A stretch of 64,000 nucleotides of DNA from Thermodesulfobacteriota bacterium (GCA_963675595.2 CAXXLZ010000002.1:1-64000); one strand, 5' to 3'. Positions 18,219 through 29,110 are shown, counted from the first letter of the stretch. The notes: generated by a model from the letters alone, not told the origin. Program-made: numbers and translations.

Positions 18219-20990
18219 TTATGCGGCCCTCTTCATATTCACTGCGCAGACCTTGAACTCCGGAATCTTGGATATAGGATCCAGAGCCGCCAGGGTCAGC
18301 TTGTTCACCACCGATTCGGCGTAGTGAAAGGGAACGAAGATGGTCTTGCGGGGAACCCGCTCGGTCAACAGGGCGTGCGCCACAATCTCCCCCCTGCGTG
18401 ACGCAAGAAGCACGCCGTCCCCGTCTCCAATGCCCAATTCCACGGCGTCCGACGGATGAATTTCGGCGTTGCACACCGGAGCCAAGGTTTCGATGCCCTC
18501 GCATCGTCGGGTCATGGTGCCGGTGTGGTAGTGATAAAGAACCCTTCCGGTGGTCAGGGTGAAGGGGTACTCATCCGACGGCCTCTCCGCGGGTTCCTGG
18601 TGTTCCACGGGTGAAAACATGCCCAAACCGCGGCTGAATTTCCCCACGTGCAGCACCTGGGTTCCCGGATGATCTTCGGAAGGACAAGGCCACTGGATTC
18701 CGTCCCGTTCGATCCGTTCGTAGGTGATGCCCGCATAGGAAGGCGTCAGGCTCCGAATCTCGTCGAAGACCTCTTTGGGGGTCGAGGCCGTCTGATTCAC
18801 GCCCATTCGCCGGATCAGATCCGCCAGAATATCCACGTCCGGTCGGGCCTCTCCCGGAGGCTCCACCGCCTTGCGCACCCTTAGGACACGACGTTCCGTA
18901 TTGCTGAAAGTGCCTTCCTTTTCCGCAAAGCACGCGGCCGGAAGCACCACGTCCGCCAACGCCGCCGTTTCGGTGAGGAAGATATCCTGAACCACCAGGA
19001 ACTCACATTCCTTCAGCGCCTCTTCCACATGGTTGGAATCCGGGTCGGACAACATGGGATTCTCGCCGAGGACGAACATGCCCTTGACCTTGCCGTCGAG
19101 TATGTGATGCATCATTTCCACGACGGTCAAACCCACGTTCGAGTCGGTCTTCACTCCCCAGGCTTCCTCGAACTTCTTCTGCACCTCGCCGTTGGTCACC
19201 ACCTGGTAGCCGGGAAACACATTGGGCAGGGCGCCCATATCGCACGCACCCTGAACGTTGTTCTGGCCTCGGAGCGGGTTCACCCCGGTGGACGGACGGC
19301 CGATCTGGCCGCACGCCATGGACAGGTTCGCCAATGATTTCACATTGTCCGTGCCGTGGCTGTGCTGGGTAATGCCCATGGCGTAGAGAATGGTGGACGC
19401 CTTGGCGGTTGCGAAGAGTCTCGCGGCCTCCATCAGGTCCTTGGCGGGAATTCCCGTGATTTCCTCTACTTTCTTGGGCGTGTAGGAGGCCACGACTTTG
19501 CGAAGCGCCTCCACGTTCTCGGTGCGCTCTTTAATGAACTCCTCGTCCGCCAGCCCTTCGGAGAAAATCACATTCAGCAGACCGTTGATCCAGGCGATGT
19601 CCGTGCCCGGACGTTGCCGTAACCAGATATGGGCGAAGTCCACCAGATCGATGCGCCTGGGGTCCGCCACGATGAGTTTGGCTCCGTTTTTGCGCACCGC
19701 TCGCTTGACGAACGTGCTCAACACGGGGTGGTTTTCCGTGGTGTTGGTTCCGGTAATGAGAATCACTTCCGCATCTTCGATTTCCGCGATGGAATTCGTC
19801 ATGGCACCGCTTCCAAACGCCGCGGCCAGACCGGCCACAGTGGAGCTGTGTCAGAGACGTGCGCAGTGGTCCACATTGTTGGTGCCGAACCCCGCGCGGA
19901 CCAGTTTTTGCATCAGGTAGTTCTCTTCGTTGGTGACCCGGGCCGAGCTGAGTCCGGTCAGGGCGGCAGCTCCGTGTTTGCGTTTGATCTCGGTAAAGCG
20001 ATCCACCACCAAGCCCAACGCTTCATCCCAGGAGGCTTCCCGGAACTTCCCCTTTTCTTTGATCAAGGGACGGGTCAGTCGTTCCTGCGAGTGAACGAAT
20101 TCGAAGCCGAAGCGGCCTTTGACGCACAAACGGCCCCGGTTGGGAGTCCCGTTTTCCACGCCCGAAGCCTTGACGATCTTTCCATCCTTGACGTGAAGCC
20201 ACAGTTGGCAGCCCACACCACAGTAGGTACAGGTCGTTTTCACTTTGTGTAATTCACGATCCAGGCCCAGGTCGAAACTTCGCTTTTCGAAAAGCGCCCC
20301 CACCGGACAGGCCTGAACGCACTCACCGCAATGGGTGCACTTGTCATAATCGGCCAGCGGGTACCAACCCTCGGGCGACGGTTTGTCTTCCCTCCGTCCG
20401 TAAGGATATGGAATGGCCTGATTCATCTGAACTTCGTTGCACGCTGCAACGCAGCGTCCGCACTGGATGCAGCGGGCGAAATCCCGGACGATGAGGGGAT
20501 GTCCGTCGTCCATGGGAGCGTCGCCGCAGGGTTTCGGCTGAATTTGGTCCGTACGTACGCCGTACTCCACCACCAGGTCCTGGAGTCGGCAGTTGCCCCA
20601 GGACGCGCAGATGACCTGATGCCAAGGTCTTTCCATGGCTTCAAGCTGGTAGTCCGCCCACTTGTCCGCATCCAGGTTCGTGACGAAGCAGTTGTGCTGT
20701 CCGGAAGCCACCAGCATCTCAAGAATGGCCTTGCGGGCGCTCCGCACCTTGGGACTGTCGGTGCGGACCACCATGCCGTCGGCCGCCGGGGTTGCACAGG
20801 AAGGCAACAAGCGGTCCTCGCCTTCGGCCTCGACCACGCAGATTCGGCACAAACCGGTGGGGTTCGCGTCCTTCAAATGGCAAAGGGTGGGAATGCGTAC
20901 CCCCATTTCCGAGGCGACTTCAAGAATCGTGCGCCCCGGTTCGAAGGTTGCTTCCCGGCCGTTGATGATCATCTTCCATTCCATTTCCAT
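18219..20990 (-). CDS. fdhF: Selenocysteine-containing cytoplasmic formate dehydrogenase alpha subunit (Mo/W-bisPGD) with N-terminal Fe-S domains; in-frame UGA at 19851-19853
   Basis: ORFs 19851-21026 and 18219-19838 join as [17 protein letters not shown]; [25 protein letters not shown]; no Tat signal. Confidence 0.95.
19822..19853 (-). promoter_or_regulatory. UGA codon plus bacterial SECIS element
   Basis: GUGGCC-GGUCU-GGCCGC hairpin 12 nt after the UGA, resembling the E. coli fdhF SECIS loop. Confidence 0.85.
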
Positions 20991-21006
20991 CTCCCTCAAA
21001 CAGTGG

Positions 21007-22929
21007 TCAAACGGCGACCATGGCAATGCGGTAGCATCGCAGGCAGCGATTCGCTTCCTTGAGAGCCTCGGCCGGAGAAGGACCGGATTCCACTTCGTCG
21101 AAGCTCTTGATCCGGACCTCGGGTTCCAAAGTTTCTGGTTTCAATTTGTGGGTTTGCGCGGAAAAAGGCTTGGGCTCCTTCCAATCGAACACGCCGAGCT
21201 TCGAAATCATTTCCTCGATGCGTTCCTGGTTCGTCACGCTGCACGCACCTCCTTCGAGGGACTGCATGATGTACCGCGCCGCCTTTTTTCCCGCGTTCAA
21301 CGCGGCGATCAAAGTGGCGGGACCGGTCACGCAATCGCCGCCGCCGAAAATCTCGGACTTGGAAGACTGAAAAGTCTTTTCGTCCACGTTCATCGTCTTC
21401 CAGTCGCTGATATCGGATTCATCGGGCAGCACGCAATCCACCACGCAGGTTTGTCCGATGGCCGGAACCACCGCTTCCGTCTCGATGACGAAGTTCGAAC
21501 CCTCAACGGTCACCGGCCGACGCCGGCCGGACTTGTCCGGTTCTCCGAGTTCCATCCGTACGCACTCAATGCCGGAAACCCGCCCCTTGTCGGCGAGAAT
21601 CTTGACGGGCTGAACCAGGTAATGAAATTTGACGCCTTCCTCTTTGGCTTCTTCGATTTCCACGGGGTCTGCGGGCATTTCCGCCTCGGTCCTGCGGTAG
21701 ATCAGGTTCACGTCCTCGAAACCGATCCTGAGAGCGGTTCGGACGCAGTCCATGGCCACGTTTCCGCCGCCGATCACCGTGATCTTGCTGCCGGCCAAGG
21801 GTCGGGTTCCCTGGGCCACCTGTCTCAGCAGTTCGATACCCGTCATGAAGCACTGGTACCCTGCGTCTTCACCTTCACATCGCATTTTGGAGGATTCGGG
21901 CGCGCCCACGCCGACAAATACGGCGGCATGCCCTTCCTTCATGATCTGTTCGATGGTGATGTCTTGGCCCACGTTCACACCGTATCGGATTTCACATCCC
22001 AGTCTCTCCACGATGGAAGCCTCCCGACGCAACACGTCGCGGGGCAGGCGATAATCGGGAATCCCCACGGCGGCCATGCCGCCCGGTTCGTCCATAGCCT
22101 CGAAAATCGTGGATCGGTAGCCGTTCATCCCCAGGTAATAGGCGCAGGACAAACCCGCGGGCCCCGCACCGATGACGGCGACTTTGGGCTCTTTCTGCTG
22201 CACGTCCGGAAGGGGCGGTAAGACGCCTCGGTGCAACTCCTCGTCCGCCGCGTAGCGTTTGAGAGCCCGGATGGCAATGGGCTCGTCCACCAGGCCTCGG
22301 CGGCAATTATACTCACACGGCCTCACGCACACGCGCCCGATGGTGCCCGGCATGGGACAATCACGCCGCACGACTTCAAGGCATTCATCCCATCGGCCGA
22401 AGCGAATCTTTTCCACGTAATTCGGAATGTCGAGGTGAGAGGGGCATGCGTTGGTGCAGGGAGCCGTGACCTTGAAGACATACTCGCCCCGCGCAAGGGG
22501 CTTCTTCTCTTGAACGGCCTTGAGAAAGGATTCCCTGTAGTTCTTGAGAGCGTCCAGGATCGGACGTGGTGCGGTCTGCCCGATGTCGCACTTGGCCGTG
22601 TCCTTGATTTGGTGAAGCAGAAATTCCAGCCGCGCCAAATCCGACTCCCTGCCCGAGCCCTCACAAATGCGCTCCAGCACGGAGTGGACTTCTTCGCTTC
22701 CCATGCGGCAGGGGAAACATTGGCCGCAGGATTCCAGTTTCATGCGTTCGGCGTAAGCTCGAACCATGTCCACCATATCGACGTCGGCATCGCACACGAA
22801 AACGCCGTCCCAACCCATGAAGGCCTTAACTTCCAGGTCCGGGGAGAACTGCACCGGCAGAGTCTTCAGGTTCACCGGGGTTCCGGCCTGTGTCCAAGTG
22901 CCCCACGTTGAAAAAGACACCTCTTTCAT
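21007..22929 (-). CDS. FAD/NAD(P)H oxidoreductase: NuoF-type 4Fe-4S domain fused to a GltD/SfrB-like module (FDH partner subunit)
   Basis: ESCGQCFPCR, CTNACP, GRVCVRPCE, GAGPAG, GGGNVAMD, YRRT (NADP-type), RCLRC. Confidence 0.9.
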   Translation of the reverse strand: MKEVSFSTWGTWTQAGTPVNLKTLPVQFSPDLEVKAFMGWDGVFVCDADVDMVDMVRAYAERMKLESCGQCFPCRMGSEEVHSVLERICEGSGRESDLARLEFLLHQIKDTAKCDIGQTAPRPILDALKNYRESFLKAVQEKKPLARGEYVFKVTAPCTNACPSHLDIPNYVEKIRFGRWDECLEVVRRDCPMPGTIGRVCVRPCEYNCRRGLVDEPIAIRALKRYAADEELHRGVLPPLPDVQQKEPKVAVIGAGPAGLSCAYYLGMNGYRSTIFEAMDEPGGMAAVGIPDYRLPRDVLRREASIVERLGCEIRYGVNVGQDITIEQIMKEGHAAVFVGVGAPESSKMRCEGEDAGYQCFMTGIELLRQVAQGTRPLAGSKITVIGGGNVAMDCVRTALRIGFEDVNLIYRRTEAEMPADPVEIEEAKEEGVKFHYLVQPVKILADKGRVSGIECVRMELGEPDKSGRRRPVTVEGSNFVIETEAVVPAIGQTCVVDCVLPDESDISDWKTMNVDEKTFQSSKSEIFGGGDCVTGPATLIAALNAGKKAARYIMQSLEGGACSVTNQERIEEMISKLGVFDWKEPKPFSAQTHKLKPETLEPEVRIKSFDEVESGPSPAEALKEANRCLRCYRIAMVAV

Positions 22930-23072
22930 TGTTGTCCTTTCTTGCCCGGGGATTCCGCTCTAAAGGCAGATAGCAGGCGGCTTGATCCGCCGAAAGGTAT
23001 CGTTCTTAATCCGTCCGGCGAGTTTTCGGCCGCGGATCAAGCTGAGTCAAGGGTATTCCAAAAGCGCCCCTG

Positions 23073-23101
23073 ATCGTACAAGAATTCACAAAGACTGTCA
23101 A
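23073..23101 (-). promoter_or_regulatory. Sigma70 promoter of the fdh operon with an overlapping Rex-like site
   Basis: TTGACA-N17-TACGAT; TTGTGAA-TTCT-TGTACGA at 23074-23091. Confidence 0.65.
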
Positions 23102-23155
23102 TCATTCACTTGATCATTTACAGTCCGAAACCGCCGGCGCCCATGTGTCCGACCT

Positions 23156-24379
23156 TCACCCATGGAACACGGCGAGCCCCCACAGCCACAACCCTGCAAA
23201 TCCCAGCGAGATGAGAGTCACCGGTATGCCCACGCGGGCGTGCTCCGCCCAAGAGATTCGGATGTTCATTCTCTCCGCCTGGTCCACCACGATGATGTTC
23301 GCGATGCTCCCCACAATCAGCAAATTTCCGGCAAAGGTGCTCGCCAGCCCCAGAACGAGCCCGGACATGGAGTGGGACGCGGCCGGCAGAAGCAACATCA
23401 CCGCCGGCACATTGGAGACGATATTGGACAGAATCGCCGCCGCGCCGAACAGGACCCCGGGATGCTCCAGGGCAATCCCGTACCCCTGGAGAGCCGTTAT
23501 GGCCTCGGCCGTCAGACCGGAACTCTCGAGAGCTCGGTTGACCACGAAAAGCCCGATGAACAGCACCAGCAACGGCCAGTCCACCAGCGCCAGAAATCGG
23601 CGGGAAGCCAATCTGCGGCCCGTGAGAAGCACACCCGCGGCACTCAGCGCCACAATCTCTCGCGGCAGGGAACCCGCCAGGAACAGCCACACGACCCCCA
23701 AAAGGATCAGCGCCCCTTTGCACGTTTGGTACAGGTCGAACGGGGGAACTTCCACCTCGGGAACCTTTGTGACCTTCTCCCAACGACGGCGGTAGATGAA
23801 AAAGATCACGCTCCAAACTGCCGCAAGGGAGAGAAGCACCGGGACCCAGGCATCCGCCGAGTATCCACCGAACGACAGCCCCAGGGACTGTCCGATCAAC
23901 ATGTTCTGCGGGTTGCCGATGAGCGTGACGGCCGACCCGACGTTGGAGGCGCAAGCCAAGGCCAGCAGAAAGGGAACCGGGTTCAGCCTTCTTCCGGCGC
24001 ACGCTTCGACCAACACGGGGGCCATGGCCAGGCACACGATGTCGTTGGCCAAAACCGCGGAAAGCGTTCCGGAGATCAACACCAGCAAGGCAAGCAGGGT
24101 GCCCGTCGCCACCCGCATGGCCCCCAATTTCCGCGTCACAAAGGCATAAAAGCCTCCCAGCCGAAATTGCGCCGAAACCACCATGAGTCCCAGCAGCAAG
24201 CCGATGGTAGGCACATCCACGGACATCCAGGCATCCCGGGCGTCCACCCTGCCCGAGGCCATCAGGGCAATGGCCCCCAACAAGGCGATACCGGTCCGGT
24301 CCAGGGCCAATCCAGGGAGTTTTCCCAGAATCATCCCCAGGTATACGAATGCGAAAATCCCAAGGATCAAGATATCCAT
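23156..24379 (-). CDS. ArsB/NhaD/CitMHS-superfamily anion transporter
   Basis: LDRTGIALLG, ASNVGSAVTLIGNPQN, SNIVSNVPAV, GSIANIIV; many TM helices. Confidence 0.9.
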   Translation of the reverse strand: MDILILGIFAFVYLGMILGKLPGLALDRTGIALLGAIALMASGRVDARDAWMSVDVPTIGLLLGLMVVSAQFRLGGFYAFVTRKLGAMRVATGTLLALLVLISGTLSAVLANDIVCLAMAPVLVEACAGRRLNPVPFLLALACASNVGSAVTLIGNPQNMLIGQSLGLSFGGYSADAWVPVLLSLAAVWSVIFFIYRRRWEKVTKVPEVEVPPFDLYQTCKGALILLGVVWLFLAGSLPREIVALSAAGVLLTGRRLASRRFLALVDWPLLVLFIGLFVVNRALESSGLTAEAITALQGYGIALEHPGVLFGAAAILSNIVSNVPAVMLLLPAASHSMSGLVLGLASTFAGNLLIVGSIANIIVVDQAERMNIRISWAEHARVGIPVTLISLGFAGLWLWGLAVFHG

Positions 24380-24703
24380 GACGGGCGGACTTTCTTCAAC
24401 ACACCCAAAGGGAACACCGTAATCGTATGTTGGGAGCGCCTTGCTTCGAGTCTTCGTCGCAAGAATGTCCCGGAACATCGGAAAAAGCTCCGCCGCGGCG
24501 GGCGGCGCGCGGCTCGATTGATATCCCATTCCGTCCACGGCGTCATTCATTTCCTTTTAATGAAACCTCTTTTGTTGAATTGAAACGCTGCAGTGGTTAT
24601 GTTTTTGGCGAATTCAGCGGTCGACTCCGGGAATGCCGGAGTCCGGCAAAAGGCTTCGTTCCGGCACGCACCCAATCATGACTCAAGGCAACGCGATACC
24701 GTC

Positions 24704-25102
24704 ATGCCCAAAACCAAACCCGGCATAGACAACAATGCCATGGCCGTGGGACCCGAACGTTCGGGGCTTCAGGTCAAAGGACGCCTCTGGGTGGAAAAGG
24801 ACGGAGGCACCTTCGTTTCTTGGGGCCGTGTGGTTCTGCTGGAACGCATCGCCCGGGAAGGGTCCGTGTCCGCCGCGGCCAAATCCATGGGTATGAGCTT
24901 CAGCCACGCTTGGAAGCTGGTGGAGGAAATGAATCGCCTTTCTCCCAAACTCCTGGTGGAAAAACAGGTGGGAGGCCCAAAGGGAGGCGGCGCGTGGCTC
25001 ACCCCCGAAGGCGAGCGCCTCGTGACCGAGTTCTGGTCCCTCGTCCAAGAGTTTCAACACTGGATATCAAGCCGGCATCTTCCCTCCGATTCTTCGGAAT
25101 GA
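24704..25102 (+). CDS. modE: ModE-family winged-helix regulator lacking molybdate-binding domains
   Basis: GRVVLLERI...GSVSAAAKSMGMSF..AW...GGPKGGGAWLT; directly upstream of modABC. Confidence 0.85.
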   Translation: MPKTKPGIDNNAMAVGPERSGLQVKGRLWVEKDGGTFVSWGRVVLLERIAREGSVSAAAKSMGMSFSHAWKLVEEMNRLSPKLLVEKQVGGPKGGGAWLTPEGERLVTEFWSLVQEFQHWISSRHLPSDSSE

Positions 25103-25146
25103 GCCCTTAACGCTCCCCGCACATCGCGGATGATTCCCCTTGAACT

Positions 25147-25170
25147 CGCTATTCTTTTACATATATAACG
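25147..25170. promoter_or_regulatory. ModE box
   Basis: CGCTATTCT-N6-TATATAACG resembles the CGNTATATA-N6-TATATANCG consensus and lies upstream of modA. Confidence 0.7.
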
Positions 25171-25269
25171 TCTAACGGATCATCTCCGTTGGATGAAGGG
25201 GCCGGTTCTTCCAGGAAACAAGTCCACAGGCTCCTGACGCACACAACGCCTTTCAGGAAGGAGCGCCAT

Positions 25270-26055
25270 ATGTCCTCGTCTTCCCGCCTTTTTTTCATTG
25301 CTGTACTGATCTTTTCCCTGCTTTCATCAGGAGTGTCCTCGGTTCACAGCGCCTCCGACGCAAAGCTGCTGGTATTCGCCGCGGCCTCCACCACCAATGC
25401 GGTAACCGACGTCAACGATCTATTTTCCGCCTCCGGTAAGGGAGAAGCAACGGCCTCCTTCGCCTCTTCGTCGACCCTTGCCAAACAGATCGCCCAGGGA
25501 GCGCCTGCCGGCGTGTTTCTTTCCGCCAATCAGAAATGGATGGACTATCTGGAAAAGGAAGGCTTTATCATCAAAGAAACCCGCTTCGATCTTTTGAAGA
25601 ACCGGCTTGTGCTCATCGCTCCAATAGATCGAGACGTTCCGACCGTGGAAATCAAACCTGGATTCGATCTCAAGGGACTGCTGGATCAAGGCCGCCTGGC
25701 CATGGGAGACCCCACTCATGTCCCCGCCGGCATGTATGCCCGTCAAGCCCTGGAAAGCCTGGGAATATGGAAGGACCTGGAATCTCGGGTGGCCGCCGCC
25801 GCCCACGTCCGTGCCGCCCTGGCCCTTGTGGAACGCGGCGAAGCGCCCCTGGGGATCGTTTATGCCACGGACGCCGGGATCAGCGATAAGGTCAAGGTGG
25901 TGGGAACATTCCCGGAATCCACTCATCCGCCCATCGTATATCCCGTGGCCGCGGTGGCCGGTACCGACGCACCCTTGGCCGAGGCGTACCTCGAGTTTCT
26001 TAAGTCTCCCAAGGCTTCGGAAGTATTCATCAAGTACGGATTCCAGCCCAACTGA
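25270..26055 (+). CDS. modA: Molybdate ABC transporter substrate-binding protein
   Basis: Signal peptide; FAAAS, FASSSTLAKQI, VPAGMYA, VYATD. Confidence 0.95.
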   Translation: MSSSSRLFFIAVLIFSLLSSGVSSVHSASDAKLLVFAAASTTNAVTDVNDLFSASGKGEATASFASSSTLAKQIAQGAPAGVFLSANQKWMDYLEKEGFIIKETRFDLLKNRLVLIAPIDRDVPTVEIKPGFDLKGLLDQGRLAMGDPTHVPAGMYARQALESLGIWKDLESRVAAAAHVRAALALVERGEAPLGIVYATDAGISDKVKVVGTFPESTHPPIVYPVAAVAGTDAPLAEAYLEFLKSPKASEVFIKYGFQPN

Positions 26056-26065
26056 CGACGGACTG

Positions 26066-26752
26066 ATGCTGACCCCTCTGGAAAAAGAAGCCCTGGAGCT
26101 GAGTATCCGGGTTTCCGCCCTGGCCCTCGCGGGAATCCTGCCTCCGGGAATTTTGGCGGCTTGGGTCCTGGGTCGATACCGTTTTCCCGGAAAGACCTTG
26201 CTGGATGGATTCGTCCATCTTCCGTTGGTCCTGCCACCCGTAGTCACGGGGTACCTGCTGCTCGTGTTCCTGGGTAGAAGAGGGGTTCTGGGAAGTTTCC
26301 TCTACGACACCTTGGGAATCACCCTCGCCTTTTCCTGGAAAGGGGCCGCCGTCGCATCGGGCGTTATGGCGTTTCCATTGTTGGTGCGCGCGGTGCGACT
26401 CTCGGTGGAAAGCCTGGACGCGGGCCTGGAATCCGCCGCGCGAACCCTGGGCGCGGGACCCGTCCGGGTCTTCTTCACCATCACCCTGCCCCTGATCTCT
26501 CCGGGAATCCTTACCGGTGCCCTCCTGGCCTTTGCCAGAAGTCTCGGGGAATTCGGCGCGACCATCACCTTTGCTTCCAACATTCCGGGAGAAACACGGA
26601 CCCTTCCCATCGCCCTTTATTCTCTGATCCAGACTCCGGAAGGGGAAACCGCGGCCGCCCGATTGTGCGTCATCTCCATTGTCGTCTCCCTGGCGGCCCT
26701 GGCGGCCTCGGATATTCTTTCCAAAAAGCTGACTCGAAGACTCAGAGGGTGA
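26066..26752 (+). CDS. modB: Molybdate ABC transporter permease
   Basis: LPLVLPPVVTG, AARTLGA, FARSLGEFGATI. Confidence 0.95.
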   Translation: MLTPLEKEALELSIRVSALALAGILPPGILAAWVLGRYRFPGKTLLDGFVHLPLVLPPVVTGYLLLVFLGRRGVLGSFLYDTLGITLAFSWKGAAVASGVMAFPLLVRAVRLSVESLDAGLESAARTLGAGPVRVFFTITLPLISPGILTGALLAFARSLGEFGATITFASNIPGETRTLPIALYSLIQTPEGETAAARLCVISIVVSLAALAASDILSKKLTRRLRG

Positions 26753-26757
26753 CCGTC

Positions 26758-27447
26758 ATGTTGCGGGTCGATCTTGAAAAACGTCTCTGCGACTTCCGGT
26801 TAAGCTTGGAGTTTCAATCCGTGGAATCCGGAATCACCGCGCTCTTCGGTCCTTCCGGGTCGGGCAAGACCACGGTCTTGAATCTCATCGCCGGTCTGGT
26901 GCGGCCGGATCGGGGCCGCATATCCGTCAACGGGCGCGTTCTGTTCGACGCTGAAAAGAAGATCGATCTCAAACCCGAGGAGCGGCGAATCGGTTATGTG
27001 TTCCAGGAGGGAAGACTGTTTCCTCACCTCTCGGTCAAAGGCAACCTGCTTTACGGCCTGCGGATTCTTCCGGAAGGCGAGCGACGTCTGCGGCCTCGGG
27101 AGGTCATCGACCTCATGGGCATCGGACGGCTTCTCGACCGGAGGCCGTATTCCCTCTCCGGAGGGGAGAAACAGCGGGTGGCCATCGGCCGGGCTCTCCT
27201 CACCAGTCCCCGGCTGCTCCTTATGGACGAACCCTTGGCCTCGTTGGACCCGGAACGCAAGAAAGAGGTGCTCCCCTTTCTCGCGGGACTGAGGTCGGAA
27301 CTGCATTTGCCCATTTTGTACGTCAGTCACGCTCCGGACGAAGTAAAACGCTTGGCGGACCGAGTGCTTTTCGTGGCCCACGGCCGTCTCGTGAAGGACG
27401 TGCCCGCCGAAGAAGCTTTTCCCTCACCCAACGGAGCGCCTTGCTGA
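26758..27447 (+). CDS. modC: Molybdate ABC transporter ATPase
   Basis: GPSGSGKT, LSGGEKQRV, MDEP, YVSH. Confidence 0.95.
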   Translation: MLRVDLEKRLCDFRLSLEFQSVESGITALFGPSGSGKTTVLNLIAGLVRPDRGRISVNGRVLFDAEKKIDLKPEERRIGYVFQEGRLFPHLSVKGNLLYGLRILPEGERRLRPREVIDLMGIGRLLDRRPYSLSGGEKQRVAIGRALLTSPRLLLMDEPLASLDPERKKEVLPFLAGLRSELHLPILYVSHAPDEVKRLADRVLFVAHGRLVKDVPAEEAFPSPNGAPC

Positions 27448-27579
27448 GCAAACGGACGCCTTTCCGGACCACACACTTCGGGATTCACTCCCCGCTTGAT
27501 TACCGAAGCCGAAACCCGCGCCTTTCATTGTTTGATCGGGCGCTTGCTTGCTCCCCATCTTTAAAAGGGCTATCCTGCC

Positions 27580-27713
27580 GTTCGTATTCACGGGGCGACC
27601 GGGAAACCACCGGCATTGGAAGGTACGGCGGAAAAGGCGGGCCTTCGGCCGTCTTCCGGGCGGGCACTGTGGCCTGCCCCTGCAATAGACGGGTTCCCCC
27701 CGTGAATGATTGC
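27580..27713. repeat. Short member of the GTA-ended miniature element family
   Basis: GTTCGTATTCACGGGG...CCCCGTGAATGATTGC; internal segments shared with 2633-2693 and 30958-31010. Confidence 0.75.
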
Positions 27714-27771
27714 GGTAATCGAACATCCAGCGGGTCCGAATTCGGACTCATGCCAACGAGAGGAATCGACG

Positions 27772-28623
27772 ATGGAACAAGCCGGTATTGCCGTTGTCAC
27801 GGGTGCGAGCAGCGGGATCGGTCGTGAAACGGCCGCCACTTTGGCTTCCAAGGGGTACCGGGTCCTGGCCGCGGCCCGACGTTTGGACCGACTGGACTCC
27901 TTGGCGAAGGAATCTCCGAACATCGTCCCCCATCAGGTGGATTTTTCGGACCCGGCCCAAACGGAAGCCTTCTGCAACACGTTGTCTCAGACCCCGGAGC
28001 CCGTCTCCGTGCTCATCAACAACGCGGGATATGCCTTCCGCGGCGCCGTGGAAGACGTGCCCATCGACGATACCCGGCGTTTGTTCGAGGTGAACGTCTT
28101 TGCGCAGATTCGGGTGACACAGGCCTGTCTGCCCGGAATGCGTCGCGCCCGTTCCGGCTTCATCGCCAACATCACGTCCGTGTCGGGCCTCATCTCCTTT
28201 CCCGGTAACGCCAACTATTCGGCCACCAAGCATGCCATGGAGGCGTACACCGAATCCCTGCGCATGGAAGTGGCTCCCTTCAACATCCGGGTGGTGGCCG
28301 TGCGCCCGGGCCCCATCAATACGGAATTCAGCGCAACCACGGGCCGCATGACGGGTGATCGCGTGGAGAAGGCCCCTGATGACTATCGCCCACTTTACCG
28401 GGAAATGACGGGGTTCTTCGCCCGCTTGTTCGGGGGTATGGAGGTTCCGGGCCCGGAAGCCGTACGAGACGTGATCCTGCAGGCCATGGCCGATCCCGCT
28501 CCCGGTCGCGGCTACCTCGTGGGCCCCATGGCGGCGGAATACCTTCCCCTGCGAAAGCGCCTCAGTGAAGACGAATGGGACCGCTTTCTCGCACAAGACC
28601 CGCAGGAAAAACCCCATTCATGA
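27772..28623 (+). CDS. Short-chain dehydrogenase/reductase
   Basis: TGASSGIG, NNAG, YSATK. Confidence 0.93.
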   Translation: MEQAGIAVVTGASSGIGRETAATLASKGYRVLAAARRLDRLDSLAKESPNIVPHQVDFSDPAQTEAFCNTLSQTPEPVSVLINNAGYAFRGAVEDVPIDDTRRLFEVNVFAQIRVTQACLPGMRRARSGFIANITSVSGLISFPGNANYSATKHAMEAYTESLRMEVAPFNIRVVAVRPGPINTEFSATTGRMTGDRVEKAPDDYRPLYREMTGFFARLFGGMEVPGPEAVRDVILQAMADPAPGRGYLVGPMAAEYLPLRKRLSEDEWDRFLAQDPQEKPHS

Positions 28624-28856
28624 CGGTAGAGCGCGCCCTGCTTCGATGGGGCGTGGGCTCCGTAGGATTGGACTTCGATTTGCTTGGGATTCGCCGCGTG
28701 GGGGGAATCGAGAAGAAATCTTGTTTGAAGGATCGGCCGGCTCTGTTCCGCCGGAGAACGCTCCCGCAGGATATTGGCTCACAGGGAGTGGGCACCCTGC
28801 AGGCTCCCCGGCGATCGAGGCCGTCGGTTCGGTCAATACGGCCCGTACCCTTAAAT

Positions 28857-28884
28857 AAAAAGGGCGGCTCTTGCGAACCGCCCT
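28857..28884 (-). terminator. Terminator after csp
   Basis: AGGGCGG/CCGCCCT stem followed by a T-tract on the minus strand. Confidence 0.7.
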
Positions 28885-28909
28885 GGAAAAATTTCGCGTT
28901 TCAGACCGG

Positions 28910-29110
28910 CTAGATCGGCACCACATCCTTTGCAGCGGGGCCCTTGCTCCCCTGTCCAATCTCGAATTTCACCCGGTCCCCTTCCGCCAGAGTTTTGAAG
29001 CCGGCCATATTGATGGCTGAAAAGTGGACAAAAACGTCCGGTCCGTTATCTTGTTCAATAAACCCGTAACCTCTCTGACTGTTGAACCACTTCACTGTGC
29101 CTTCCGCCAA
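28910..29110 (-). CDS. csp: Cold-shock protein (CspA family)
   Basis: [21 protein letters not shown]; TTG start with GAGG RBS. Confidence 0.97.
   Translation of the reverse strand: MAEGTVKWFNSQRGYGFIEQDNGPDVFVHFSAINMAGFKTLAEGDRVKFEIGQGSKGPAAKDVVPI

Noticed and set aside
19851-19853. Apparent premature stop splitting FDH into two genes or a pseudogene
   Set aside because: The UGA falls exactly at the Mo/W-ligand Cys/Sec position and is followed by a SECIS hairpin.
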